DNA of 51,354 bases from Chlorokybus atmophyticus. Taxonomy: Eukaryota > Plantae > Mesostigma and Chlorokybus algae. The stretch is taken from the NCBI GenBank assembly GCA_009103225.1, contig RHPI01003536.1, positions 185,844 to 237,197 on the forward strand, read 5' to 3'. The stretch's first letter is position 1; each line of letters begins with the position of its first letter. Made by a program: the position numbers and the translations under genes. This document shows positions 16,449 through 27,892 of this stretch, in pieces. The notes beneath the pieces are model-generated. The model was not told where the DNA came from, made no database searches, and saw only the letters and a list, made by a program, of their open reading frames with translations.

Positions 16449-19400
16449 TCACATGAAGGATGAGAGCCCAGAGTCGGATAGCCCGCTGATCTGCGATGAC
16501 GACACTATGCCACCACCAGCCTGCTGCTGCGGCGGAGGCTGAGTCGGCCGGCTGCGGCTCGACGATGAAGATGGCGTCTGCAAACACAACAACAAACTGT
16601 CATAACATATGGGCTCACCAACAGCGTACACCCGCTTAACCCGCTCAAAACTAAACAATGGTAATAGAAAGACCCCTATAAACTCGTAATAGAAAGACCC
16701 CTACACAAGGTGACACACTTGTGCACCAGCATGATTGCACGCACATATGCAAGCGTTCACGCTGTTGTGTGCATGCGCCATGTGCATTACTCACCTTTGG
16801 GCAGAGCATTCCAATGAGTTTAATGCTGCCGCTGCCGGTTCTTGCTTCCGGAACGACCGCCAGCACAAGCACATGTGTTGTCAAATCCACAAAGCCGGCC
16901 TGACATACGCATTATTAAGAATGATGTGCACATACATACGGGCACACTGTGGCTGCATGAGCATGTAGGAGAGAAACAGTGTCACAAAGAACATACACCG
17001 CAATTCTCTGCCTCACCAGTTTTCTTGTTGCAAGCTGCAGCAGAAAGTTGTGGCCTTGCTGCTGCATCTGCGTTGCGGTGAGCACGTATATCTCCGACCT
17101 TGCACGATGCTCTCTGCAGAAAGGACACACAATGTAATAAGGACAGCGTGATTTGCATGCTAGCATGCTAGTTAATGAGCACTCATGTGGTTCAGCTTCA
17201 GCACACCATCAGTGCAGTACGTTAACTGATAAACCACAATCAATGCCTACTGGGATGCAAGATAACAGTAGCAATACGCTCAAACCACGAGTTCTCACTT
17301 ACAACAGGCACCGCCACTTACTTCTGGTGAATCATATCTTGGGAGGTCAGTCTTGAGATCAGCAGATGCATCGGCCAATTCAATGGCATAGCACTACACA
17401 AACACAAAAACAATGTATGAGTGCATATGAGACAGTAGACAATCATAAGCGAGATTCTACGTAGGCTTCAAGCAGCATGCATTATATATACAATATGCCA
17501 CTGTAACTGGACACGCTGCAATTGCAATGCGCGCAACACTCGCGTGCTAACCCAAGAATGCATCACACGTACTTTGAGGAAGCATCAGCGCCTTCTTTCT
17601 TTCTGTGGTAAGCCTGTGGTGACATCAAGACGTGTGTCATGTTTGAACCTGTGAACCTTTATCCTATAACAGCACGCATGATGTGCTGCCTCCTTCAAGC
17701 ACGTATGCGTATGTCCACCGAGCTTCGAGCGATGTACGTTAATAAACTGTGAGACACCAACAAATGTGCACACATGCACACGGACACATACACACACACA
17801 ACCCTTTACACTCGCAGTCGTGAACACGTAAATGTATACGTGCATTTGAGCATACACATACCTGCAAGTGGCAGATGTCCACAGTGACTCCTTTGGAGCT
17901 GTACGCCAGCATGCCCTGTGCACAGCAAGGAGGACACCATCAAAGCAATGTTGAACTTGCGTGATGTGCAGCATGCAACTTCAACGCAAGCACAAAGCCA
18001 CCCAAGGCAGTGTAACAAGTAACAATTCCAATAATCATCATGTGTTCTGAGTGCACGTGTGCGTGCGCGTGTGTGTACGCATGCTTGCGTGGGTAGATAC
18101 ATAGGGGAGTGTTTCTGTCTGTGCGTGTGCAATAACGGACATTGCGTGAGGAATAACGAACATGAGAATGGACTTGTACGCACCTCCCAGAGGGGCCCAA
18201 CCAGCTGCGGTGATGATCCCTGGGGCTGCGCAGCTTGCTGCTGCTGCTGGCGGGACTGCATTGCACCCGGCAGCACCTGGCCCGGTACCTGAAGGATGAA
18301 GGTTGTATGCACATCATCACAACTACTAGTCACTATCTGGTCTGTGTGCGTGCATCCGCAGATTACTGCACATCTCAAACGACCAGAGCAGTAGCCAAAC
18401 TGCGAGATGGTTTTTAAGAGTTCACGCAGTTTGTCTGTACAACAACAACATAATAAACAGATGGGTAGAGGGAGAGGTGTTACTATGCATTCTGAATGTG
18501 TGTATGTGTTCAGTGTGAGCGAAGCCAAACAACAACACAAGCAGCGCCCTTTGCTACTTGATCCTGACAACTCAGCCCAACATGTTTATGAAGACACGAA
18601 AATATTTCTTGTACCTTTCATAGCATGCACGCACACATACACGCATGTGCAAGCACGTGCCACTCAGTGGAGCTTCGCATGTGCGCGCATGGATACGTAC
18701 ACGCACGCACCCCTACCCACCTGCATGCCAGGTTGGCTTCCCGCCAGGTACCCCACCCCGCTATTCCCCTGCATCCCCGCCATGCCGCTCAGCAGCACGC
18801 TGGGCGGACTCGTTGTCGTCGTCGTTTTTCCTGCTGCTGTGGTCGTCGTTGTTGTGGGCACCACCACGCCGGGACGTGCCACCTGCGAGGCCCCGCGCAT
18901 GGCTGCTGCCTGCTGCTGTAGTGTGTATGTGGGGGCGGATTGTTGTTGGCCAACGACACCGCCGTTGAGAGTTGCAGCAGCTGCAGGCGGCAACTGCATC
19001 TCCTGCACAGTGACCATGCGGGTAGTTGGCACACGCAGCACTCGCACGTGAGCACACACTCATACACGCGTGCGCACAAATACGCGCGTGTGCGTGTGAA
19101 ACATGTGTACGTGTGCATCAATATGTGTTGCCTCGGGAGCTCTCAGCGCACCTTTTGCAAGATGGTCGCGCCTGGAAGTTGTTGTTGCTGTTGCTTGACC
19201 GCTAGTTGTTGCGCTTGGCCCAAAGCTGATAAACAAGAGTGTTGTTGAATTGCACTCGTATGCATCATACATTGCAACTACTCACCAGCGAGTTTTGCCG
19301 CTTGCGCTGCCTTTGCCCCGGCCGGTAGTAGGGGAGACAGTAGCAGCAGGTGCTGCGGGTAGTGGTTATTGGTCTTGATCGCAGCTTGTGCGACGGGCTC

Positions 19401-21787
19401 GCCTTTGGGCTTGCCGAGCGCCTGGCACACGGGACACAGTGTGCGTGTGTGTTTGTGCGCGTTCGTGTGTGTGTGGGCAAATGTGCATGGGCGAGTGGGC
19501 ATGCGCGTGTAAGTCAGAGCGCATGTGCGAGTGGATGTATGCGCGCACGCGCGTGTGTGGGTGGGCGCATATACGTGCGTGTGCATGCACATGCGCGTCT
19601 GTGTGCTCGAGTGTTTGTGCTGGTGCGTGTGGACGGCTGGGTCGATATCATTGCGTTTGTGAACATGCGTGGGTATGTGCGTCTCCATGCTTGTGGGCGT
19701 GTGCGCGCACACACACGCGTGTGCACACGAGCACGTGTGCATGCGCATGTGTGAAGGCAAAAAACGCAAGCAACCAATGCACTCTGGCAACGCACCGCTT
19801 GGAAAATCTCCTCAAACACGGAGACGCGGCGTGGCGAGAACAGCGAGAGCGATATCCCACACTGCACACGAGGACACCTTAGTACCACAACTGTTGCGTG
19901 GTCACCACCAACACGTGACACTGTGTTTTGTAAGTGGGCTTTTCCATGAGTGGTGCGTACATGGTGGAACAGCGCCGCCACCATGAGCGCGTCCGCCGTC
20001 CACCAGAAGCAGCTGCCGCCCAGCGCGCAACCGACGTCCGACGCGTTGTCGGACGGCGCGTCGAGGAGGTTGCTGGACACAGGGACGCGCGGACGAGCCA
20101 ACGGAACCTTGAAGAAGCAGGCACAAAAGCAAGGTGAGTTGTTGTTGTTAACTGGGGGCACGCGGATGCACGCACGTGTGCGGAAGTACGGGCACGTGTG
20201 TGTCTGTGTACGCGCACGCATCCTCGTGCTTGAGTGTATATGTTTATGTGCATGTGTGCGAGCCTGCAAGAGCGTACATGCACACGCGTGCATGCATGTG
20301 CACGTACACATGTGTGTGCACAGGCACTCGCAGCCAATGCACATAGGCGCTTCAACGAGATCGCAATGCAACTGTGGGCGTGAACACATACATGCATGCA
20401 TGCGTGCGTGCAAGGTGGTGTGCATGCACGCGTGTACACACTTGATACCACGTGTGTACCTGCAACATGCTGGGAGGGGAGTACGCCACAACAATGCAAT
20501 GACGCTCGCCTTGATGCGTCTCACCTGGCCGACACTCCTGCCAATACACGGCCTGCGGCCCAACGACACAACAACACATGAGTCCAACATACGTGCTTTT
20601 GTGCAAATGTTGGTGTGTGGATAATGTACCGGCAGGACTTCGGCCAGGGCTTCGGCGAGAGAGGCTTCGCCTACGCCACCGCCAACAAAACGCACGCCGT
20701 CCAGCCATTGGGAGAACTCAGAGAAGTCGGTGGTCCAACACGAGTGGCGCACGACGAGCTCTGATTGCCACATGTGTACATGCATGAGGTTCATGCATGT
20801 ACATGTGTGCGCACGCGTGAGTAAATACACGCACGCACGCACGCATACACACTAGCGCACGCACATGGCTTTGTCAACTCAACAACACGGACTCAAGTAC
20901 TTCATCAGCGTACTCACCGCTAAACTCGTTTGATGTGTAGTAAAGCAGCAATGACAACTCAGCCTCGCCAACAGTCTGCAATGAGGCAATGGTGAGTGCT
21001 TCAAGAAAGTGCAAGAACAGGAATGAAATTGGTTAACGAGAAACATGCGTTGGCCAACAGTGTTATTCATGTGTGCAACTCTTACGTTGCCGGCTGCGTC
21101 GATGCCACGGCTGCTTAAGGACACAAATGAGCTGCAACACAACACACAATAAGTTCAAGCATGAACTGCATGCACGCGAGTAAACACGACATGTATGTCA
21201 GCAGTTGCTTGAAACAAAGTGCATGTCATTGTGACCCCAATGCCACATTGTGCTTTGCCAGATTTGTGTCAATACATGTCATTCACCCAAAAGGATCACG
21301 CCGGTTTCGGCAGCTTCGCCAGCACTAAGCAGACACAAGACAGAAATAGTTCGGCGTTTGCAGAACTAGTTCATATGTTCTTGCATGTAACACATCTGTA
21401 ACAAACATGTCAACAACAAGTCACGACTCGCAGCCTGACCTAAAGGCTGCTTTCCTTTTTTAATCAACGGCATGGTTATGCTGAAAAGGAGGAGGCCACA
21501 AAAGAAAACCAACCGATGGGGGGGGGGGCGTGCAGTATGATCCAACATCCAGACCTGAGCAAGGGGTTGATGTAGGCTGAGCGTAGTAGAGGCCAATGCG
21601 GGCCGAGGGCTGCGTTTCCTTCAACTACCAGGCAGAGGCGGCGGCGTGGGCTGGCGGAGGAGGCGGCGGCGGCAGAGGCTTGGCCTGGCTGAGGAGCGCC
21701 TGCTGTTCCTGTGGATGTCCCCAGCGACGACGCCACTGACACACCCGACGCAGAAGCTGCCGGCCCTCCCCTGCCCTGCACGGACAT
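16449..21787 (-). CDS. MED25: Mediator subunit 25 (plant PFT1-type): vWA domain, Q-rich linker, ACID domain
   Basis: LCLVVEGNAALGPHWPLLRSAYINPLLR; HSCWTTDFSEFSQWLDGVRFVGGGVGEASLAEALAE; RHCIVVAYSPP; LSLFSPRR; Q-rich exons; HVLVLAV..KLIGMLCP. Frame and stop of the last exon are uncertain (16449 vs 16387). Confidence 0.85.
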
Positions 21788-24245
21788 GCTAGGCGAAATG
21801 CATGGCCTGCACGAGTACGACCAGTACAGCAACCGCCCCGCCAATGCCGCCGCTGCGGGATGGCTGTAAAAATGCTTGGAGGAAATGATTTGCATCATGA
21901 TTTACGAATTGAAGTCTTATTAAGTTAATACTCGAATAAAGAGTCTCCACCCCAGTTAAGACTCTTAACCCTGCCATTGTGGTCACTCAGTGATGCTCAT
22001 GCAGTGGTACACCCATGCGGCCGAGTGTGTAGCGCCATTGAGGCTCTGGTGATGATGGTGACTCAAAGTGACTTCGCTATCAATAAGCTGCTATGTAAAC
22101 CAAGCCCATCAATGCATAATATGGTGACATTGATTTATGCAACTTGTCATAAGCAAGTCAAGTAAGCTTATCCCTTTTAATTGCCACCTATGCCACGGTG
22201 TCATAAGTGACACGCTTCAAGTTCAAATTGTGCCTAGCAACATTTGTGTGGTAGGGTATTACGTCATTTTAAACAACACCTTCGACTCGAGAATGCATGC
22301 GCGGAGTTTACGATCTATTCACTGTATGATTCATGCCACTTATGCAAAACTAATCGAATGCGCCGCATATATGTGGCGTTTGTAACAATATGTTGGTTGG
22401 TTGCGGTCAATCTCTGCTTACCTGTGTGCTTGGCAGTGCCTACCCTACTACCTGCAACCGCACGTTCCTCGTTTGCACACACTTGAGGCCATACGTCAGT
22501 TGCCCCTGTTATAGCTATCTAGCTGCTGTTGTTGTATGTGATGTGTGCATGGTGTAAGCTACTTGTAAACGACTTGGTCCCCACAGTGGAGAGTGGCATG
22601 CCCACCCTTTATGGTTGGCTTTAGCGATGACATTACGGCCCGTAACGTGCGCGGCAATTATGTGATATGAGCCACTTGTGGCTTGGTCAACACAGCAGAG
22701 AGTAGCCTGCCCGCCCTCTATGGTTGCGTATAGCGACAGCCCCACGAGGCTATTGTACTTGCTATCATTAATGCCCCCATTGTTTGTATCTGCCGTATGG
22801 CGATGGATATATACGTATATATCAACTTACACGTAACGGGGTTAAATGCAATGAACTATATATTTCTGTGAACAGATAAAAAGTACTCGTGTAAACGGTG
22901 CAATGCAAATAAACGTGCACATTTACGTGAAATTATATGACATGCAATTTATGCTCAATATGCTTTGATTGAATAATAATAACAATAAGCACATCGCATC
23001 ATCAACGCCTTTTTAATCGAAATGATAACTTCAGGTAATGGGCACGATTTGCATATCAGCATAGTGACAGACATTACTAGTTACATAAACGTGTTGATGT
23101 ATCAATATGTATACATGAACATGTTTGGTGCAGCACATACAAATGTGTAATGTAGGCATAGCACATTGAAGCGTTTTGCGCAGGTGTCGCAATGCAATGG
23201 AGGCAAATGTTACGAAGGTGGTTCCAAACTGTATGCATTCTACAGATGATGAACCATTGGGTTCATTGATGTTGATAATCATGAAGTTATTAATTATGTG
23301 TGGTTAAGTTTATGCGTGCAAGAATCGCTTAAGTCCGTAGCAAGGACTTGCAACCGAGAGTGGAAAATAAGTCACCACACGTGAGCGAACTCACACATGG
23401 TGGCAGAAACTTTTCGCGGAATTAACCCAAGAAGGTACCGATCTGCTACAATTGTCACCCATAAATATGGTAATGAGCCAAGCGCAAACTACCAAGAGCG
23501 ATGGTTGAATTTAGATATTTTAAAAAGTACTACCCATAAAAATTACTTGATTAATTAGTAATTGATTAGTAACTAATTAGATGACGGCAAAAGCTATTGA
23601 ATTGTGCAAAGGCATTTGACCAAATAAATGAGTGTGAGCTCAACTCGGGCGGTCCTCTGCTATGATTCATAAGCCTTTTTCAAAATGTAATCAGGGACAA
23701 CCCAATGGACCTAGTTCGATGTTGGTGTAATGGAACTCACTTTTTGAAACAAAGGCACGCAATTGCATCATTAAGTATTGTGGACAGAGAAGGTTCTTCT
23801 CAGAGACCTTTGTTGGGAACCAAAGAGGTGCACGATATTGGAGGTGCTAAGCCGCTGCATCTAGTGAAACTCCCATGACAAACCTATGCAAACGCGCTTC
23901 TCCAAGCATAGCACCTATGTATAAACTGAATGGTGCGGAATTGTTAGAAGGAGCTAGCAAAGGATCCTCATAAGGATGTGGGACCAACAACTAAACCAAG
24001 GGCGCAAGTTGACTAGCACATATGTTGATTTAAAGTGAATGAATTAACGTTCATTATATTGGGATTGAGTAGTTAGAGTTACGAAATCCCCTTGCGGCCA
24101 TCGGAGTCCACGGCTATAAGAGAGAGCGTGCGAATAAGGCTAGTTCGCGAAGTCGCAGAAATTCCTTGTTCTTTAACTCCCACTTGGCACGCACATAAGA
24201 AGCACTCAGTTACGACGTTGTAAGAATTTAAAGTGAGTGGCTAGT

Positions 24246-25563
24246 TAATTGCGACCTGCACATAAACCAGGGCAGCCGCCAACTCCTACACTTGCACGTA
24301 GAATTATGAAAATGAAATGAAATGAAAAGTCATCGGGTTTGGCGTCTAGCTTAAAACACGCCACCTTGCTTGAGTAGGTCGAGTGAGTTCAATATATTGA
24401 AAGGTTGGCAAGAATCAAAAGCCGAGTTGGCTAGTAGTTCTCCTTTTCTCTCCCACTACTGGGTGCCTCACCGCGCCGTCTTTGGCCGGAGTGAATAGTT
24501 CACCGCGGCGAGGATAGAACTTGGTGACGTCGCTAAGTGAACTATCGGGGCCAATTGGGCAAACTAAAGGTTTTTTTGTTTACGTTGAAGTTTCTTTGTT
24601 ATTATAGTCATTTATGGGATAGCCGGCTTCTCATCTTTGAAACCACTTTCAAAGAACTCCTCCAAAGTGCCCGCCCAATTAATTAATAAAGTCTGTGTCG
24701 GTACTGCTGTTATCACTTTTGGGTCCGTAGGTACTTCATCGTCCGAAGACTCTTCATAGTCCGAAGAATCTTAATTTACCGTGTGGTCTTGGGTAGCTAC
24801 TACCCGACCCGGTTGCTCATCTTTGTGTTCGAAGTCCCATCCAAAACATATCTCCAATTTGATCTCCATTCCCATCGCGTGAAGCCTATGGTGGTGGAGG
24901 GGACTCCTTTTGCAAGTATGCCGCTAGGGTACCAACCGGGCTTACCCCTCGTGATGGTCGCGACGACTTTTGAGTCTTTAATTGGAGCCATGTTTGGTAT
25001 TCGTGGAAGCGTGAAGGCATGCTAGTCCTTTTGATAAAAATCGTGCTTTGAGTTCAATGTAACGGGGGTCCTTTGTTTTACCTCCTCGTGATTCACTCGG
25101 ACGGCTAAGGGTTCATCCACTTGATAGCAACTTTGTTCACACGCCAAATGACTTCGCTCGGCGAACCTTAAATGCGGACTTGGGCGATCCGCCAATTTTC
25201 GAATCCATCCGCAATTTCGCGTTACTTCCCGCCAAGACCTATCTCGGCTTTAGTTTGCCCAATTGGCCCCGATAGTTCACTTAGCGACGTCACCAAGTTC
25301 TATCCTCGCCGCGGTGAACTATTCACTCCGGCTAAAAACGGCGCGGCGAGGCACCCAGTAGTGGAAGAGAAAAGGAGAACTACCAGCCAACTCGGCTTTT
25401 GATTCTCGCCAACCTTTTAATAGATTGAACTCACTCGACCTACTCAAGCGAGGTGGCGTGTTTTAAGCTAGTCGCCAAACCCGCATGACTTTTCAATTTA
25501 CGTAATTCTATTTGCGGTTGTTGGAGTTGCTGGCTGCCTTGGCCTACGTGCAAGTAGCAATGA
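24246..25563. mobile_element. Long inverted repeat pair (about 320 bp arms) around a 680-bp spacer; foldback or non-autonomous DNA TE-like remnant
   Basis: 24299-24569 is a close reverse complement of 25248-25510, with a more degenerate extension outwards. The spacer has only broken ORFs and no TSD was found. Confidence 0.55.
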
Positions 25564-25656
25564 CTCCTGGCAGTCCCAAACCACAACCCTCGTTCAAGGC
25601 CCCTCTGTCCCACCCCTTCTGCCGCAGTGCTTGTCAAGCACAGTATAAGTCTTGAC

Positions 25657-25660
25657 AGTT
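25657..25660. other. Left target-site duplication AGTT
   Basis: AGTT immediately precedes TGTCGTGCC (25661); the same AGTT immediately follows GGCATGACA at 37673-37676. Confidence 0.85.
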
Positions 25661-27681
25661 TGTCGTGCCTGCCATGGTCGAGGGCAACCTTGTCTCGGAC
25701 AGGCTGCGGAGGAGTGCTAGTGCTGCACGCATGCTAGTGCCGTGCATTGCATTGGAGTCATGCAAGCAAAAGACAACCCCCCAATCGTGGGCATAAGCTT
25801 GAAGATGAGCCTACGCGGTGTTTAGTGCAGTGGACGAGCCGATGCCGCTCGCCACCTTTGTGTACGGACTGTGTCGTAGTGCACACAGTCAACAAGCCAC
25901 TACGATAGGTAGTGCTGTGGACACAGTTCTTTGCATGAGTGGATAGAATGATACACTGTTAAGTGAGGTGAATGAGTGTGCAATACGTGGATACAACACC
26001 CTGACTACTGAAACAACACACCACCGTCAAGCTCACAGCAATGACAGGCACAGCGCACAAGAGCATGCACCGTGTCTCACGCAGTAAGGGAATTCTTGGC
26101 AACCGGGGCAGCGTGCTTCCAGTTCAAGTCGCTTCACAAGCTCTTTAGAAACAGAGTCTTTACTTCTTAGTACTCCTAGTACTCACAATACTTACTTACA
26201 GTGTCACCAGCCAGTCTGGTGACGTGACTTCCTACTTATACATGTTAAATCATGACTGTGCAGTGCCATGCGGGCACTAGGCCAACGGTCACATCGAGGC
26301 CTCATGCTATTTCGGAAATCTCCTAAGACTCGATATAGCACATGTGTTCTTAACAGACTTACAACTGATCAGTTACGGGCGGTCCCTACAGACAGGTCCA
26401 TAAAGTAGCGCTAGCTACATGCTACATGAGTGGTACAGTAGCTAGCAGTAGGCTGGGGCTCGCGCGGTCTTCATGCTGGTAGCCCGGGCGTGGGGCTGGG
26501 TGTAGGCATGCTCGAGAAGGAATGGCATGCGAGGGTAGATGGCATTACAGCTGTCGTGCCTGCCATGGTCGACGGCAACCTTGTCTCGGACAGGCTGCGG
26601 AGGAGTGCTAGTGCTGCACGCATGCTAGTGCCGTGCATTGCATTGGAGTCATGCAAGCAAAAGACAACCCCCCAATCGTGGGCATAGGCTTGAAGATGAG
26701 CCTACGCGGTGTTTAGTGCAGTGGACGAGCCGATGCCGCTCGCCACCTTTGTGTACGGACTGTGTCGTAGTGCACACAGTCAACAAGCCACTACGATAGG
26801 TAGTGCTGTGGACACAGTTCTTTGCATGAGTGGATAGAATGATACACTGTTAAGTGAGGTGAATGAGTGTGCAACACGTGGATACAACACCCTGACTACT
26901 GAAACAACACACCACCGTCAAGCTCACAGCAATGACAGGCACAGCGCACAAGAGCATGCACCGTGTCTCACGCAGTAAGGGAATTCTTGGCAACCGGGGC
27001 AGCGTGCTTCCAGTTCAAGTCGCTTCACAAGCTCTTTAGAAACAGAGTCTTTACTTCTTAGTACTCCTAGTACTCACAGTACTCACTTACAGTGTCACCA
27101 GCCAGTCTGGTGACGTGACTTCCTACTTATACATGTCAAATCATGACTGTGCAGTGCCACGCGGGCACTAGGCCAACGGTCACATCGAGGCCTCATGCTA
27201 TTTCGGAAATCTCCTAAGACTTGATATAGCACATGTGTTCTTAACAGACTTGCAACTGATCAGCTACGCGCGGTCCCTACAGACAGGTCTATAAAGTAGC
27301 CCTAGCTACATGCTACATGAGTGATACAGTAGCTAGCAGTAGGCTGGGGCTCGCGCGGTCTTCATGCTGGTAGCCCGGGCGTGGGGCTGGGTGTAGGCAT
27401 GCTTGAGAAGAACTGGCATGCGAGGGTAGATGGCATGACAGCTGTCGTGCCTGCCATGGTCGAGGGCAACCTTGTCTCGGACAGGCTGCGGAGGAGTGCT
27501 AGTGCTGCACGCATGCTAGTGCCGTGCATTGCATTGGAGTCATGCAAGCAAAAGACAACCCCCCAATCGTGGGCATAGGCTTGAAGATGAGCCTACGCGG
27601 TGCTTAGTGCAGTGGACGAGCCGATGCCGCTCGCCACCTTTGTGTACAGACTGTGTCGTAGTGCACACAGTCAACAAGCCA
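25661..27681 (-). repeat. 3' terminal array of 891-bp units: A(25661-25887) B(25888-26549) gc A(26552-26778) B(26779-27440) gc A(27443-27669) plus 12-mer (27670-27681)
   Basis: Period is exactly 891 bp (unit starts 25661, 26552, 27443). Copies are highly similar but carry copy-specific substitutions. Confidence 0.95.
27431..27452. other. Palindromic end-to-end junction GGCATGACA-GC-TGTCGTGCC (second copy at 26541-26560)
   Basis: Its two halves match the right and left termini of the inserted element. The 20-bp palindrome has one mismatch and is centred on CAGCTG. Confidence 0.85.
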
Positions 27682-27688
27682 CCCCCCC
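27682..27688 (-). other. Putative polypurine tract (G7) directly preceding TGGCTTGTTGAC
   Basis: Minus strand reads ..ctcaGGGGGGG-TGGCTTGTTGAC.., about 40 nt after the pol stop codon and at the exact internal/repeat boundary. Confidence 0.65.
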
Positions 27689-27757
27689 TGAGATTCTGGG
27701 GTAGCCCTCTGCTCCAGAACTCAGTTCCTACCGACTGTGTGGGGGACCGTTGATGCG

Positions 27758-27892
27758 GCAGTCATCGCACCAGTACTCCCACAAGGGTACTGCGTCCAGT
27801 GGAGGGTGAAGGCAGTAGCAGTGCATGCCTTGATTACAGCCGTCGCATAACATCATCAATGGGTCGTCGTCGGCGCTACCACACTTTTCGCA
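27758..27892 (-). other. PHD finger (C4HC3) at the integrase C-terminus
   Basis: CEKCGSADDDPLMMLCDGCNQGMHCYCLHPPLDAVPLWEYWCDDC. Confidence 0.92.

Noticed and set aside
16661-16703. 18-bp direct repeat gtaatagaaagaccccta with 25-bp period in a MED25 intron
   Set aside because: Only two copies; best explained as local slippage or an excision footprint, not CRISPR-like.
22830-24240. AT-rich segment with short ORF fragments
   Set aside because: No recognisable motif in any frame; probably decayed TE sequence but cannot be assigned.
25632-25657. Small hairpin tgtcaag...cttgaca adjacent to the left TSD as a targeting signal
   Set aside because: A 7-bp stem can occur by chance, and one insertion site cannot establish a preference.
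26471-27578. Repeated 61-65 aa ORFs in the terminal repeats (also 37545-37816)
   Set aside because: Short ORFs on both strands with no motif; they recur only because the DNA is repeated.
25661-27681. Tandem 891-bp units as a pure assembly artefact
   Set aside because: Each copy has private substitutions, there is no N in the region, and the TSD is consistent. Long-read confirmation is still needed.
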